Virus record (IMG/VR): IMGVR_UViG_3300037067_023527
Coordinates: 32,001 to 96,000 of that record
From: a virus
Lineage: Duplodnaviria; Caudoviricetes
DNA length: 64,000 bases
Reading direction: 5' to 3' (one strand)
The notes under the pieces: model-generated
What the model saw: the letters and a program-made list of their open reading frames with translations, nothing else
The model's database searches: none
Told to the model about the DNA's origin: nothing
Translations under genes and position numbers: made by a program
Part shown: positions 39,959 through 50,868 of the stretch, piece by piece
How the letters are laid out: every line of letters starts with the position of its first letter
Numbering within the stretch: the stretch's first letter is position 1

Positions 39959-41659
39959 ATGGGACACCTTAGAATTGGCAAAAGACCAGGTCCTCAGGGA
40001 CTATCCGCTTCCAGCAGTCCATCATTTGCCGGAATCACGATCGGGGGCATCCTAACCACTGGCGTCAGACAAAAACTTGCAGCCAATGCCAGTTATTATG
40101 TCCGGACAGATGGAAGTGATTCCAATGACGGAAGCGCAAATAATTCTGGCCATGCCTGGCTGACAATCCAGCACGGCATCGATTATATTCGTGAATTCAT
40201 AGACCCCGCTGGTCACGATGTCACGATTTATGTTGCTGATGGAACATACAGCGCCGATTATCCGATAATCCTCATGAATTCGATTCCGCACATGGGGAAA
40301 TTCTCCATTATCGGAAACTCAACCAATCCGGAAAATGTTGTCATTTCCGCGGTCTATGACTGCATTGCTGTGTTTGGATGGTGGAATGGCAAAATAGCCC
40401 TGGATGCCAAGGGACAACTTTATTTTGGCGGCATGAAACTGGTTGCCGGCATCGGGAACCGACCATGCATTTATGCCGAAAGCTCTTGGGTAACCTTCGG
40501 CAATATAGACTTTGGGGCGTCAAATTACACTCACATCCGATCGGTCAGGGGATCAGTCGTATATGCCGTTGAGGATTACAAAATCTCAGCTGATGCTCCG
40601 ATGCACATGGATGCAGAATATTTCGGCCAGATCATTCCTTTCAGTCCTCCCGTTACCGTAACCATAGTGGGAACCAGGAATTTCTCAAGCGGTTTTGCCT
40701 ACGTTGCAACGAATGGAATTGTAGACACCACTGGCACGATTTGGTCAGGATCGGCCACGGGAGTTCGCTATGTGTCCGACAAAAATTCGACCATTTGGAC
40801 CGGAGACGGAAGCGAACTGAGTCTTCCTGGTAACGCCGCTGGCATCAAGGCCGCGGGGGGGACCTACAACGGATATCCGGAAAGAGAAATCCTTAGGGCA
40901 GCGAGAACTTATTATGTTCGAACGGATGGGAACGACACCAATAATGGACTGGCGAACACCGCCGCCGGAGCGTTCCTGACAATTCAAGCCGCTGTAAATA
41001 AAATATTGAGTAGCCTGGACTTTGATGGATACGACGTTACTATTCAAGTAGGGGATGGAACGTACACCGCTGGGGCTGTGGTCAGGGGATACACGACCAA
41101 TATAGGACGTTTGACGATCAAAGGGAATACTGGGACGCCGGCGAACGTTCTGATAAATCTCACAAGCGCCGATGGTTTTCATGCAGTCGACAATTACGAT
41201 TGCCCTGTTAACGTAAAAGACATGAAGATCGTCACAGGGACAAGTGGCACCGCTCTCAGAGCGACAAATGGCATATTGAGATTCGCAAATATAGAATTCG
41301 GCGCCGCGGCAACCTATCACTTGTATGCCTTAAATGGAGGAATCATTGAGGCTACTGGCAATTATGCTGTTAGCGGTGGGGCCTTGGCGCATGGCTATGC
41401 CAATAATTGCGGGAAAATATTCCTGAGTGGAAGAACGATCACTTTTAGCAATACTCCGGCATTTAGTTCCTGGACATTTGGATCGCGGACGGGCTCAACA
41501 ATCACTGCATCGTCAATGACATTCACGAATGGAAACACTGTAACGGGTACACGATATTACGTTGACAAAGTTTCCCTTATCGACAGTGATGGCGGCGGAG
41601 ATAATTATCTTCCAGGCAATGCAGGCGGATCGTTTGCAACTGGTGGCGTTTATTCATAG
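39959..41659 (+). CDS. tail fiber/spike with two tandem beta-helix-like modules
   Basis: duplicated YYVRTDG.D.N.G.AN....A.LTIQ and LPGNA.G. Confidence 0.75.
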   Translation: MGHLRIGKRPGPQGLSASSSPSFAGITIGGILTTGVRQKLAANASYYVRTDGSDSNDGSANNSGHAWLTIQHGIDYIREFIDPAGHDVTIYVADGTYSADYPIILMNSIPHMGKFSIIGNSTNPENVVISAVYDCIAVFGWWNGKIALDAKGQLYFGGMKLVAGIGNRPCIYAESSWVTFGNIDFGASNYTHIRSVRGSVVYAVEDYKISADAPMHMDAEYFGQIIPFSPPVTVTIVGTRNFSSGFAYVATNGIVDTTGTIWSGSATGVRYVSDKNSTIWTGDGSELSLPGNAAGIKAAGGTYNGYPEREILRAARTYYVRTDGNDTNNGLANTAAGAFLTIQAAVNKILSSLDFDGYDVTIQVGDGTYTAGAVVRGYTTNIGRLTIKGNTGTPANVLINLTSADGFHAVDNYDCPVNVKDMKIVTGTSGTALRATNGILRFANIEFGAAATYHLYALNGGIIEATGNYAVSGGALAHGYANNCGKIFLSGRTITFSNTPAFSSWTFGSRTGSTITASSMTFTNGNTVTGTRYYVDKVSLIDSDGGGDNYLPGNAGGSFATGGVYS

Positions 41660-41668
41660 GGGTGTGTA

Positions 41669-42055
41669 ATGGCGCGAATAGCCTATATCACCAATGCCGG
41701 GTTGTCCATTCTGGCCAATCGTCTTAAGGGAGTGGGGAACGAACCGGTCTATTTTGCATGGGGCACCGGAGCGGGGAATGCCTCTCCCACGAGTACGCAA
41801 TTGTTTACAGAGGCCTCCGAGGCTCGTCCAGTCATGGTGAGCCAAATTGTCACCGTTACCGCAGTCGGGGATGGATACCAGCTCACGGGCGCCATTGTCG
41901 CGGATGCGAATAAAACCATTACGAATTGGGGCGTGTTTGATGCCGCAAGTGGCGGCAATCTTCTTATTCATGAATCGTCCAATCCAGGAGAGGCGTACAC
42001 GCTTGGACAAATTGGAGCGTTTTTGTTCCGCCTCCAATTCATCAGAGGAACATAA
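41669..42055 (+). CDS. tail/baseplate structural protein
   Basis: ITNAG..., AWGTG, ITNWGVFDAASGGNLL. Confidence 0.65.
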   Translation: MARIAYITNAGLSILANRLKGVGNEPVYFAWGTGAGNASPTSTQLFTEASEARPVMVSQIVTVTAVGDGYQLTGAIVADANKTITNWGVFDAASGGNLLIHESSNPGEAYTLGQIGAFLFRLQFIRGT

Positions 42056-42057
42056 AA

Positions 42058-42831
42058 ATGTCTATTCCGCAATTTCTTGCTGGAAGCTTCAGATATTTAT
42101 CCACGGCGGCCGTTACGGACGTCCAAACTATCATAGATGATCTCTATACCGAGCTGATCGCCAATGGTTGGACATGCACCGTTGGAGGAAGCGGCCTATC
42201 CCCGAGCACGTTTCTTTCCCCTGTCAGAGCGGATCAGATCAGAATAACACTCACTCTGACGCGGGCCTCTGCGACCGCGCTCACCATCGATATGCTCGAT
42301 GATGCCGGATTGGCAATCACTGCGGCGTCTGTAACCTTGAACGTCGACGCAGGAGGGAACACTGTAAAGTATTCCACTGGTCCATTGCATTGCTATATCC
42401 TCAGTGAAAAATCGACAGCGGTGCACTTTTTCAGGGGCGGAGTTCTGGATAATTATCCTGCAGCCTCTCTGGTTTCTCCACGTCCGATATATTTTGCCAG
42501 CAAAACCCTGAATAACTTCTATGAATATTATCTCTACGATCCAAGCACAGGAGCTTATGTCAATAACCAGGGGGGGATTCAGCGTTCACTGAATTGGTCG
42601 GATATCGCTGACTTCCAGGCTTTAAGCGGATCATATATGTTTGCTCCGCTGGAGGTCATGATTAAAGACACAAACCAATTATGCGGCAGACTTCCTCATT
42701 GTCTTGTGACTGGAGATATTACAGAAGGAACCGAGCTCACCGTACCAATCGATTCCGGCGTGACCGCAGTGTTTATTGTTGCCATGACCTCTGACACATA
42801 TGGGGTTAAACCTATGATGAGAAAGGCATAA
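42058..42831 (+). CDS. virion structural protein, paralog A
   Basis: VTDVQTIIDD...GTELTVPIDSGVT. Confidence 0.6.
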   Translation: MSIPQFLAGSFRYLSTAAVTDVQTIIDDLYTELIANGWTCTVGGSGLSPSTFLSPVRADQIRITLTLTRASATALTIDMLDDAGLAITAASVTLNVDAGGNTVKYSTGPLHCYILSEKSTAVHFFRGGVLDNYPAASLVSPRPIYFASKTLNNFYEYYLYDPSTGAYVNNQGGIQRSLNWSDIADFQALSGSYMFAPLEVMIKDTNQLCGRLPHCLVTGDITEGTELTVPIDSGVTAVFIVAMTSDTYGVKPMMRKA

Positions 42832-42833
42832 GC

Positions 42834-43664
42834 ATGGCTATCGCTGATTTCTTAAATTCCAGCAAGTATTTTTTTGAACGAGCAGGGGTAACTGACGTTC
42901 AGACGATTATGGATGATTTTGCGACTCAGGTCCTTGCCAATGTTCCCGCCTGGACGAATCCAACTGGAGCCCGGTACGCCTCTCCCGTAGACGGGGCGGG
43001 AAGGTTTTTCGATGTTGAGTTCACCCGCACGACTCAGTATAAACTGACAATAGTTGTTCGCGACCAAAGCGGAACAACCATCATGACCCGGCGCATCCAG
43101 ATCCCTTCGGCAAATGGATCTATTGTTCGCATATTTACCGGACAATTCCACTGTTTCATCGATATCCAAACTCAAAGCACGGATCCCGAATATTTTTGGG
43201 CGGGAATCTTAGACTTGTCCCCGGAAGTGCAAAACGTACATTCAAAATATGTTTTTGCATATTCAACCAGAACAACGGCCGATGTTTATGGGGCGGGGTA
43301 TTTTCAATATGCCTTTATGATTGACGATGCGGCCCCTGCGAGCATTCAGCGAATTTGCCATTATGCTTGTGAAGTTACCGGACGCCCCAGACCGCAACGG
43401 GACTTGCTTGGCTTTTGGATATTCCACAATCTTATGTTTTACGTGCAGCCTGTTGGCGGAGGGGACCATCGGTATGCGGGCAGGGCCTATCAATGCCTTC
43501 TTGTACCAGAAGACGCAGGGGATCCCGGGACTGAACTTACCATCCCAATCGACGCTGGCGTGACCGGACAATTTATGATAGTTAGCGGACTGGTGGATCC
43601 TACTCCCAGAGCTACTGTAAATGATTATCGTGGATATCGTATGGCGATTCGAGTCCCGGACTAA
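42834..43664 (+). CDS. virion structural protein, paralog B
   Basis: VTDVQTIMDD...GTELTIPIDAGVT. Confidence 0.6.
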   Translation: MAIADFLNSSKYFFERAGVTDVQTIMDDFATQVLANVPAWTNPTGARYASPVDGAGRFFDVEFTRTTQYKLTIVVRDQSGTTIMTRRIQIPSANGSIVRIFTGQFHCFIDIQTQSTDPEYFWAGILDLSPEVQNVHSKYVFAYSTRTTADVYGAGYFQYAFMIDDAAPASIQRICHYACEVTGRPRPQRDLLGFWIFHNLMFYVQPVGGGDHRYAGRAYQCLLVPEDAGDPGTELTIPIDAGVTGQFMIVSGLVDPTPRATVNDYRGYRMAIRVPD

Positions 43665-43667
43665 AAA

Positions 43668-44192
43668 ATGGCTGAAGATCCGATCAGGGTAAACAAAGCA
43701 GGTCCGATCAATTTGGGCTTGTATGACGATTCGGTTGATCCAGGGATTACCTTGGATTGGGCTGGATTTGTCAACCCTGTGGCAAACCATTTTTCACTGG
43801 TTCAGTTTTGGCAAAATCAATATGGCAATCCTAATAATTTCTCTCTTTTAGCGACACAGCCCAATCCAAACACAATGTTGCTCCATTTCCAGGCGGCTGC
43901 TTTAAATGCGATGCCATTCTTCTCTCCGGTGCCGTTGGAATCCGCTCCTACGGTCAGTCATACCACATATCTTCAGGTAACAGTCGGACTGTGGAGCAAT
44001 CAAATTCCGGTCGATCCTGGGGGCGCAAGCGGGGAGGAATGCAGTACTGTGCCGGCTGCATGCAAACCACTTGCAGAATTAGAGCTGAACGATGCTCCGA
44101 TTGCGGTTCTCGTTCAATCCGCTGTTCCGGTCGCTGATTTAGAACAGAATGCGGCGCCTGTGGCAGATCTTGAGTGCCAAATTCTTTCATGA
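43668..44192 (+). CDS. hypothetical protein with C-terminal 10-aa repeats
   Basis: PLAELELNDA PIAVLVQSAV PVADLEQNAA PVADLE. Confidence 0.5.
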   Translation: MAEDPIRVNKAGPINLGLYDDSVDPGITLDWAGFVNPVANHFSLVQFWQNQYGNPNNFSLLATQPNPNTMLLHFQAAALNAMPFFSPVPLESAPTVSHTTYLQVTVGLWSNQIPVDPGGASGEECSTVPAACKPLAELELNDAPIAVLVQSAVPVADLEQNAAPVADLECQILS

Positions 44193-44202
44193 GGAGAATG
44201 CT

Positions 44203-44553
44203 ATGAATTTTTCAATGACTCGAGGTGACAGCGTGTCGTGGGCTGGAACCGCAACTTTATCCTCAAGCCCATATGATCTTACCGGAATTCTTGGCATGTC
44301 GTTTACGGCCAAAAATAAAACTACTGATACCGACGCCAATGCGGTCTTTAAAAAAACCATTGGCGATGGGATTACCGTAACCAGCGCGGCTCAAGGATTG
44401 TTTACAGTCGCTATCTTGCCGGCCGATACGGCTTCAGTCTCAAAAGTAAAGACAATCTTGGTTTGGGATCTGGAAGTAGTCGATTCAGGAGGGAATGTTT
44501 ACACTCTGAATTCTGGCAATCTTGTTATCAATCCTGATGTTACGAGTTCTTAA
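44203..44553 (+). CDS. BppU-N-like Ig-fold structural protein
   Basis: MTRGDS, PADTAS, WDLEV, G.L.I.PDVT; RBS GAGGAG. Confidence 0.6.
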   Translation: MNFSMTRGDSVSWAGTATLSSSPYDLTGILGMSFTAKNKTTDTDANAVFKKTIGDGITVTSAAQGLFTVAILPADTASVSKVKTILVWDLEVVDSGGNVYTLNSGNLVINPDVTSS

Positions 44554-45221
44554 TGAACGCAAACGATTTAATCAGTCAGATACTCAGAAGGCTGGATGTG
44601 CTTGATCCGCTGGTTCCCATTCACTGGACTAGAGCGGAGATCCTTGTCTTCGTGAACGAAGCAATTGGAGAACTCAATCTCATTGCGTGGGAATTCCAGC
44701 TTACGGCCTCACTGAGCGTCGACGCGACCCACAATGTTTATGACAATCCAGCGACAATTATCGCCCCTATTTCTGTCCGGGATGGAAAGTATTTGCGGCG
44801 CCAAGCGGTATCGGACCTGGATTTTGAAGTCGATTGGGAAAAGACCGCAGAGCAGAAATCCACTTTAAAAAACTGGTCTCCAATTGGATTGAATAAGATC
44901 CTTATTCATCCTCGTCCGCTGGGAGCCAAAACAATATACGTTGAAGGCCTGACGGACCATGCGCCCGTTACGGATGCCGCGGTTGCGTTGCCAGTCAAGG
45001 CTGAATACGAATCTGCGATCGAGGATTACTGTGTCGAGAGAGCTACGTTTAAGGAAGGCGGGCCCGAGCTGCAACAGGTAGGATCTCTTTATCGTTCATT
45101 TCTGAGGAGTGTGCAGGATGCGGCCGGGCGCAATGTGATTCGAATGTACCCGGTATATTCGTTCGGCCAGGTCGACCCGAGTGAATCCCTGAGGCCTCAG
45201 GTTGAGGAAAAACAACAGTGA
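44553..45221 (+). CDS. head-tail adaptor (tail tubular A-like)
   Basis: WTRAEILVFVNEA; IHPRP. Confidence 0.65.
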   Translation: MNANDLISQILRRLDVLDPLVPIHWTRAEILVFVNEAIGELNLIAWEFQLTASLSVDATHNVYDNPATIIAPISVRDGKYLRRQAVSDLDFEVDWEKTAEQKSTLKNWSPIGLNKILIHPRPLGAKTIYVEGLTDHAPVTDAAVALPVKAEYESAIEDYCVERATFKEGGPELQQVGSLYRSFLRSVQDAAGRNVIRMYPVYSFGQVDPSESLRPQVEEKQQ

Positions 45222-45844
45222 CCATAGCAATTACTGATTTTTTAACCCGAATCGCCACTGATCTCAATGAAGAGGACAACGATTTTCCGTCTCTTGCCTG
45301 GACCAGAACGGAAATGCTCGCCTATCTGAATAATGCGGAAAGGGATTTTCTGAGGCTTACCGGCATGGTTCAGACAGATGTGAATGTGTCGGCGGATGGA
45401 TCGACAATCCTGTTTAATCGTCCAGACAATACGATGGATCTCAACAGGGTCAGTTTCAACGGTAAGAATCTGCGGCGGCAGACTTCGAATGATTTTATGA
45501 TGGAAGATCGCAATTGGAGAAACAACGCGGTTGGTAAGCCATCATATTGGCACGAAGATCATCTCGCCGTCACTCAGTTTGAATTGAATAAAATCCCGGC
45601 TGCCGGCGGAACAATCAGAATATTTGCCGACTACCTATATGATGAGTACGCATCAGTGTTCGAGGACCTTCACTTAAGAGATATCTGGGAACCCTATTTG
45701 CGCTGGAAAGTGTTGTCTCTTGCTTTGGCCAAAGACGGAGAAAACCAGGATCTGGGCAGGAGCAGTTACGCTCAGGAAAGATATATGGTAGGCGTTAGGC
45801 TCGCGTTGCGTCTCATCAAAGAAGATTCTGCTATCCAAATTTGA
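45218..45844 (+). CDS. head-tail adaptor paralog
   Basis: WTRTEMLAYLNNAE; LAKDGE. Confidence 0.65.
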   Translation: MTIAITDFLTRIATDLNEEDNDFPSLAWTRTEMLAYLNNAERDFLRLTGMVQTDVNVSADGSTILFNRPDNTMDLNRVSFNGKNLRRQTSNDFMMEDRNWRNNAVGKPSYWHEDHLAVTQFELNKIPAAGGTIRIFADYLYDEYASVFEDLHLRDIWEPYLRWKVLSLALAKDGENQDLGRSSYAQERYMVGVRLALRLIKEDSAIQI

Positions 45845-45851
45845 GGTAAGA

Positions 45852-46520
45852 ATGCAGACCATTTATTTATTGCGAGATCCCAGGAATAGCGCCCCAAGGT
45901 ATGTGGGAGTGACAGCCAATACTCTTAGGAAGCGGCTGCGCGATCATTGCAATGACAAACGGAGAACACATCGAACCGCTTGGATTCAAAGTCTAAGAAA
46001 AATTGGGTTACGACCTATCGCCGAAATATTAGAAACCTGCGAAGACCACCAGCGCATAGATGCCGAAAAAGCGTGGATTCTTGGATTTAGGCAGTCTGGC
46101 GCTGACTTGGTTAATGTAACCGATGGAGGAGAGGGGACTGTCGGCATTAAGGTATCGGAAGAAACCCGATCGAAAATGAGGGCAGCAAAACGACGAATTC
46201 CTCCTGAAAGAAGATCGGAAATATCCTCTTTGGCTTCTAAGTCCCGTATTGGATATAAACATAAAGCAGAAACAATCGAAAAGATAAAAAAGGCTAATAC
46301 GGGACAGTCCCACCCAAAACATACGGAAGAATGGAAAAGACAAAAATCTCTTCTAGGTAAACGTCCTGAAAATATTGAGCATTGTCGGAAAATGGCAGAA
46401 TCGCATAAGGGGATTCCACGTCCACCGCATGTAGTTGAAATGATGAGAGCTCGTCGGCATAGTCAAGAAACTAAAGAGAAGATAAGAGCATCGGCCAAGA
46501 ATAGGAAGGCTAGGGTATGA
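45852..46520 (+). CDS. free-standing GIY-YIG homing endonuclease with NUMOD3 repeats
   Basis: TIYLLRDPR..RYVGVT...RLRDH, NVTDGGEG, HSQETKEKI repeats. Confidence 0.88.
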   Translation: MQTIYLLRDPRNSAPRYVGVTANTLRKRLRDHCNDKRRTHRTAWIQSLRKIGLRPIAEILETCEDHQRIDAEKAWILGFRQSGADLVNVTDGGEGTVGIKVSEETRSKMRAAKRRIPPERRSEISSLASKSRIGYKHKAETIEKIKKANTGQSHPKHTEEWKRQKSLLGKRPENIEHCRKMAESHKGIPRPPHVVEMMRARRHSQETKEKIRASAKNRKARV

Positions 46521-49500
46521 ATCGAGAAATCGTCTCTGTGCCGATTTCCTTCGCCAACAGTGGCATCATCATCAAGTCCAGTCCGGATGAAATTCCCATT
46601 ACTGCCTATAAGATGCTTTCGAATGCCCAGACTGATCGCGAAAACTCGGTCTCAGTTCGGAAGGGATTTGGACGTTTGAATGCAGGATTGCCGGCGGCGC
46701 CATATTCTTCCTATTATCTGAAGGACTCCGATAATCGACAGTGGAGATATGCCATCACAAATGGCCAGCTTTACGTGGCTCCGATTGTCGACCCAGAAGA
46801 TGCTGCAGTGTGGCCGCTTGCCAGTCATAATTATTTCGGAGCCGTGATAGGAGGGGAAAATCTCTCCGTCGCGACCGATCCCAGGGCTCTTTGGGCAACA
46901 TTCAGTTTGCGCGGCACAGAAACCAAACCATATGCCTTTATGGCCGACGGCACCAAATTCTTGAAGCATTGTGCCGGAATGGCTTCTGCGCGCCGGGTCG
47001 GGATTCCTAAACCGATGAGTCCGATCACCAATGTCGCCTTGTCGAGCGTCACCGATGTTTTGATTGATGCGTGTGAAGACTATACGACTTGGACCGGAGG
47101 AGACTCTTCAAAAACTTCCGCGGCGGATTATCCCTCGATTTGGTGGTACGGGGTTGGAACCTCTCTCGCGCGATGGATTTGGGCAAAATACACTTTTGTT
47201 CTTAATGACGGTACGGAAACCTTTAGCAGTGCAGCCAATTTGCCCAATTATATTCCCAGCGGAAAAACATCAAAGCTTTTCTGGAAAAAAGCCAAATATA
47301 CCTATCACTCTGAATCCACCGCCGGGAACAATGATCCGAATATCACCATCGGAGTCCTCACCTATCCCAATCATTATTTTTCTGATGCCGAATACGCCTC
47401 CGTCCCAGACGGAGTGAGAGTCCGCGGAGTCAGGCTCCAGGCTGGGTCGATGATCGATCGTATTCAGGTATTGTGGGAGTCTAGCGATGGAACTGCTTCG
47501 GATGGTCCTTTTCATGGTGGAGGCGGCGGAGATTTATTCGAGTTCATGCTGGATTTTGATGAATATATTATTGAACTGAAGGGTCGTTACGATACCTACG
47601 TAAATTCGCTCACCATCGTCACAAACAAGCGCGAGTCTCAAAAATATGGCGGAGACGGCGGGACCGCAGATTACAGCGTGACCCTTCCCGCGGGAGATTC
47701 GCTTCAGTCTAAAATGCTGATCGGGTTCACTGGCCGCCATGCCGGAGTGACAGACTTCCAGAACAAATTGACGGCAATCGGAATGGCCACCAGGTATGAC
47801 ACCTACGACAATACGTCTTCTGCTCCAGTCGCCGCAGTGGGCTACAATCTGTATGTCGGAGAAACTCCCAATAGTCTTTACAAAGTAAACGAAGATCCGA
47901 TCGACTTGGCTGATCCTTATTTGGAGCCTCCGGGAGGCTGGGTCTATGGGATCGATCGTCCTCCGATGGCCAATGTTGGCGATCTTTCGAACGATGCAGC
48001 GGGAGAAACAACCAATGCTGTAAAAATTAGTCTCACGGGCGCCGGCAAACTGGGCAGAGCCCTAAAGGCACTCGTTAATGACATTGGATACCCGATCGTC
48101 TCTGATTTCGGGACTATGGACCCGGATGAATCTTTTAAGATTTCAATAAAATTTGCCGATGCCACAGCTTTATCTAACTGTGCTTCTATCCGTTTAAATT
48201 TCGTCTTGAGCGATATCCCGGGAGACACCGGTGACAAATACAATTATATTGCCACCGCGGAAGTGACCGATTTTTCCGGTCATACTCCTGGATCATGGCA
48301 GCAAATTCAAATCTATAAATCTTCCTTTGTTCTGAATAATTACAGTGGAAGCGCACTCATTAATTTGGGTTGGGATACGGTAACAGCCGTTAGCGTCGAA
48401 GTGGTTACAAAAGATCCCGTTGTTGGCGCGGGAACCTGTGTTGTCAGTTTTGACAATATCTATTTTTCCCCGGTCGGAAAATTAAACGGCGCCGATCTTG
48501 AATGGACCTATACCTTTTACAACTCTAAGACCGATACCGAAAGCGATTACGCAGATTCATTTGCCAATACCCTGGGGACCTTGGTCGATAAGGCAGTGGA
48601 ATTGAGTTTCCCTTCGACTCCGCTGACAAATGCCCCTATGGCAAATCCTGACAAAATCAGGATTTACAGAATGGGCGGTACGATTACCCAATTCCAAAGA
48701 GTGGCTGAGATTGACTACGTGGCGGGATTCCCATTCAGTTACGTGGACAACATCGGGGATGAATCCCTTGGGGATGTGCTCGAGACCGACAATCAGCTCC
48801 CGCCGGAAAATGTCGAGGGTGTTGAAATTTTCGATGACCGACTTTGGACCTGGGGAGGCGTTTCCCTTGAAGGAATTGCCGAGCCTGGAAACTGGCTTAG
48901 ATTCTCTAAGGGAGCCAGGATCGAGCACTTTCCGTCTGACAATTACGTTATTGTCGGGTCCGGCAATGAAAAAATCATGCGAGTGTTTGAGCATGATGGG
49001 GAATTGTTCATTTTCACTCTCACTAAGGTTTATCGAATTGTTGGGCAGAATGGAGACTATAAGGCCGTATCGACAGCCGTCAACCAGGGAATCAAAAACA
49101 AATTTGCTGTTTGTCGGGGCGCTCGCGGCCTTTACATGCGCTCCTATGATGGGATTTGGGAATTTCCTAATGGACGAAAAATTTCCGAGCCAATCAACCA
49201 AGTGTTTTTTGGGGAGACCGTCAATGGAATTGAGCCAGTTGCGGCCGATCGGGAAGATGAAGAAGCAATGGCGTTTTGGAATTCCATGGTCTTTTTCTCC
49301 TATTGCGCCACAACCGATGCTTCCATCCGAAACGATCGTACTCTAATTTGGGACACCCAGCATGAGCGTTGGTTTTGGTACATTTACGGAGCCCAAAATC
49401 TCTATCAGGAACCAGAGACAGATCTCCTGATTGGCGCCAACCTCACGCAATGGTACAGCGTTGTGCCCGGTGTACCCGTTACAGTGCGCCGCTCCGGAGC

Positions 49501-50860
49501 CTATCCGATCAGGATGGAATATGGGACCGCGGACGAATGCTCGGACGGCAGCGGGTACCTTGTCCGATATGGGATCCCGTGCATAATTGACACAAAGGAA
49601 TTCGATTTAGGATTCCCAGATCAGGAAAAGCAGTTTATCGATATCACGGTCGACGCTGACACTCAGGGATATCCAATCACATTGCAGGCCAGCTTCGATG
49701 ATGGGGAATATGAGGTTATAGGAATCATCCAAACGGCCGCGCGCGGGCGCGTTGTCTTCCCATTCGTCATGGGAGACGAAAACAGCAAGATGGCCACCAG
49801 GATGACGTTGCGCATTTCCTTCGAATCGGATCCCGACGCCGATTCGTCGACGCGCATATTCAAAGTAGTTCACCGCGTTCTCATAGAGCCTCAGAAGCAT
49901 CGTACCTTTGTGACAGATTGGGATTATTGTGGGCATCAGGGCCCGAAGTTTCTTACTAAATTCTGGGTCGAGATGGACACCTTTGGCGTCCCTCTTCTTG
50001 GCATTGAGGCCCAAGGAGATCACGAAGTCATCAAAACCATTGTCGACAATGTGACGGCCGACGGCCGGAAGAAATTCTATTATGGGCTTGGATTGGACAA
50101 ACGCTTCACCCTGGCTCGTCTTAAATTTCTCACAGACGGAGACAATGAGGTAAAAGTTTACGATTACGGATTCGAGATCATCCCAGAGCCGCCATTAATT
50201 AACAGTTTGCAAACTTCATACACTGATAACGGATTCCCATACCGCAAACTGTGGAAACACGTCGAGATGGACATTGACACCGATGGTAAGCTGATTGAAT
50301 TCAATTTCTGGCTGGACAATGAAATAAAGCAGACTTTTAACATCCTGACCTCCGGCCGGCAGAAAATAACTCAATCCTTGGATCAAAATTTGTTTGGAAA
50401 GATTGGTCGCATTACGGTGGATGTCGATGGGGTTGGAACTGATGGCCTACCGCAGGGAATCAGGCTCTACGCAGATCCGATATTCATCACTGAACAGCGT
50501 AATCCAGACGTCACCATTGCGGATTCATTCGAACAGGTTCTGTCCTATGAGAGAATTAAAGTTTTAAAGCAGCTCTTTTATGTGCTTGAGAATCCAAATG
50601 AATCTGTCACCATGCAGCTATACATTGATGGAAGCCTAAGGGTTACCTACACCCTTACCGCAAATACGAGCACTTATCCGGATATCTCAATCCGGCGCCA
50701 GGATTTCCCGACCGGGATGAAGGGGAAACTTTTCCGTTTTGTTTTTACCTCCAACCAGGCGTTCGAAATCGATTGGCCCAGAAGCCAGGTGGTTTTACGC
50801 GATGTGAATACGGAAGAAACTCATCGCCGGCCGCGGCTTGAACCGCCACAAACTTATTAA
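46517..50860 (+). CDS. large tail nozzle/stabilization protein (tail tubular B-like) with jacalin-like insert
   Basis: 1447 aa; beta-propeller-like repeats; IDTKEFDLG.PDQEKQF repeats; position after adaptors. Confidence 0.7.
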   Translation: MNREIVSVPISFANSGIIIKSSPDEIPITAYKMLSNAQTDRENSVSVRKGFGRLNAGLPAAPYSSYYLKDSDNRQWRYAITNGQLYVAPIVDPEDAAVWPLASHNYFGAVIGGENLSVATDPRALWATFSLRGTETKPYAFMADGTKFLKHCAGMASARRVGIPKPMSPITNVALSSVTDVLIDACEDYTTWTGGDSSKTSAADYPSIWWYGVGTSLARWIWAKYTFVLNDGTETFSSAANLPNYIPSGKTSKLFWKKAKYTYHSESTAGNNDPNITIGVLTYPNHYFSDAEYASVPDGVRVRGVRLQAGSMIDRIQVLWESSDGTASDGPFHGGGGGDLFEFMLDFDEYIIELKGRYDTYVNSLTIVTNKRESQKYGGDGGTADYSVTLPAGDSLQSKMLIGFTGRHAGVTDFQNKLTAIGMATRYDTYDNTSSAPVAAVGYNLYVGETPNSLYKVNEDPIDLADPYLEPPGGWVYGIDRPPMANVGDLSNDAAGETTNAVKISLTGAGKLGRALKALVNDIGYPIVSDFGTMDPDESFKISIKFADATALSNCASIRLNFVLSDIPGDTGDKYNYIATAEVTDFSGHTPGSWQQIQIYKSSFVLNNYSGSALINLGWDTVTAVSVEVVTKDPVVGAGTCVVSFDNIYFSPVGKLNGADLEWTYTFYNSKTDTESDYADSFANTLGTLVDKAVELSFPSTPLTNAPMANPDKIRIYRMGGTITQFQRVAEIDYVAGFPFSYVDNIGDESLGDVLETDNQLPPENVEGVEIFDDRLWTWGGVSLEGIAEPGNWLRFSKGARIEHFPSDNYVIVGSGNEKIMRVFEHDGELFIFTLTKVYRIVGQNGDYKAVSTAVNQGIKNKFAVCRGARGLYMRSYDGIWEFPNGRKISEPINQVFFGETVNGIEPVAADREDEEAMAFWNSMVFFSYCATTDASIRNDRTLIWDTQHERWFWYIYGAQNLYQEPETDLLIGANLTQWYSVVPGVPVTVRRSGAYPIRMEYGTADECSDGSGYLVRYGIPCIIDTKEFDLGFPDQEKQFIDITVDADTQGYPITLQASFDDGEYEVIGIIQTAARGRVVFPFVMGDENSKMATRMTLRISFESDPDADSSTRIFKVVHRVLIEPQKHRTFVTDWDYCGHQGPKFLTKFWVEMDTFGVPLLGIEAQGDHEVIKTIVDNVTADGRKKFYYGLGLDKRFTLARLKFLTDGDNEVKVYDYGFEIIPEPPLINSLQTSYTDNGFPYRKLWKHVEMDIDTDGKLIEFNFWLDNEIKQTFNILTSGRQKITQSLDQNLFGKIGRITVDVDGVGTDGLPQGIRLYADPIFITEQRNPDVTIADSFEQVLSYERIKVLKQLFYVLENPNESVTMQLYIDGSLRVTYTLTANTSTYPDISIRRQDFPTGMKGKLFRFVFTSNQAFEIDWPRSQVVLRDVNTEETHRRPRLEPPQTY

Positions 50861-50868
50861 GGTGATTT

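Noticed and set aside
45845-46520. Second group I intron around the GIY-YIG gene
   Set aside because: Flanking genes are intact, there is no room for a ribozyme core, and the gene is coupled to the next by an ATGA overlap
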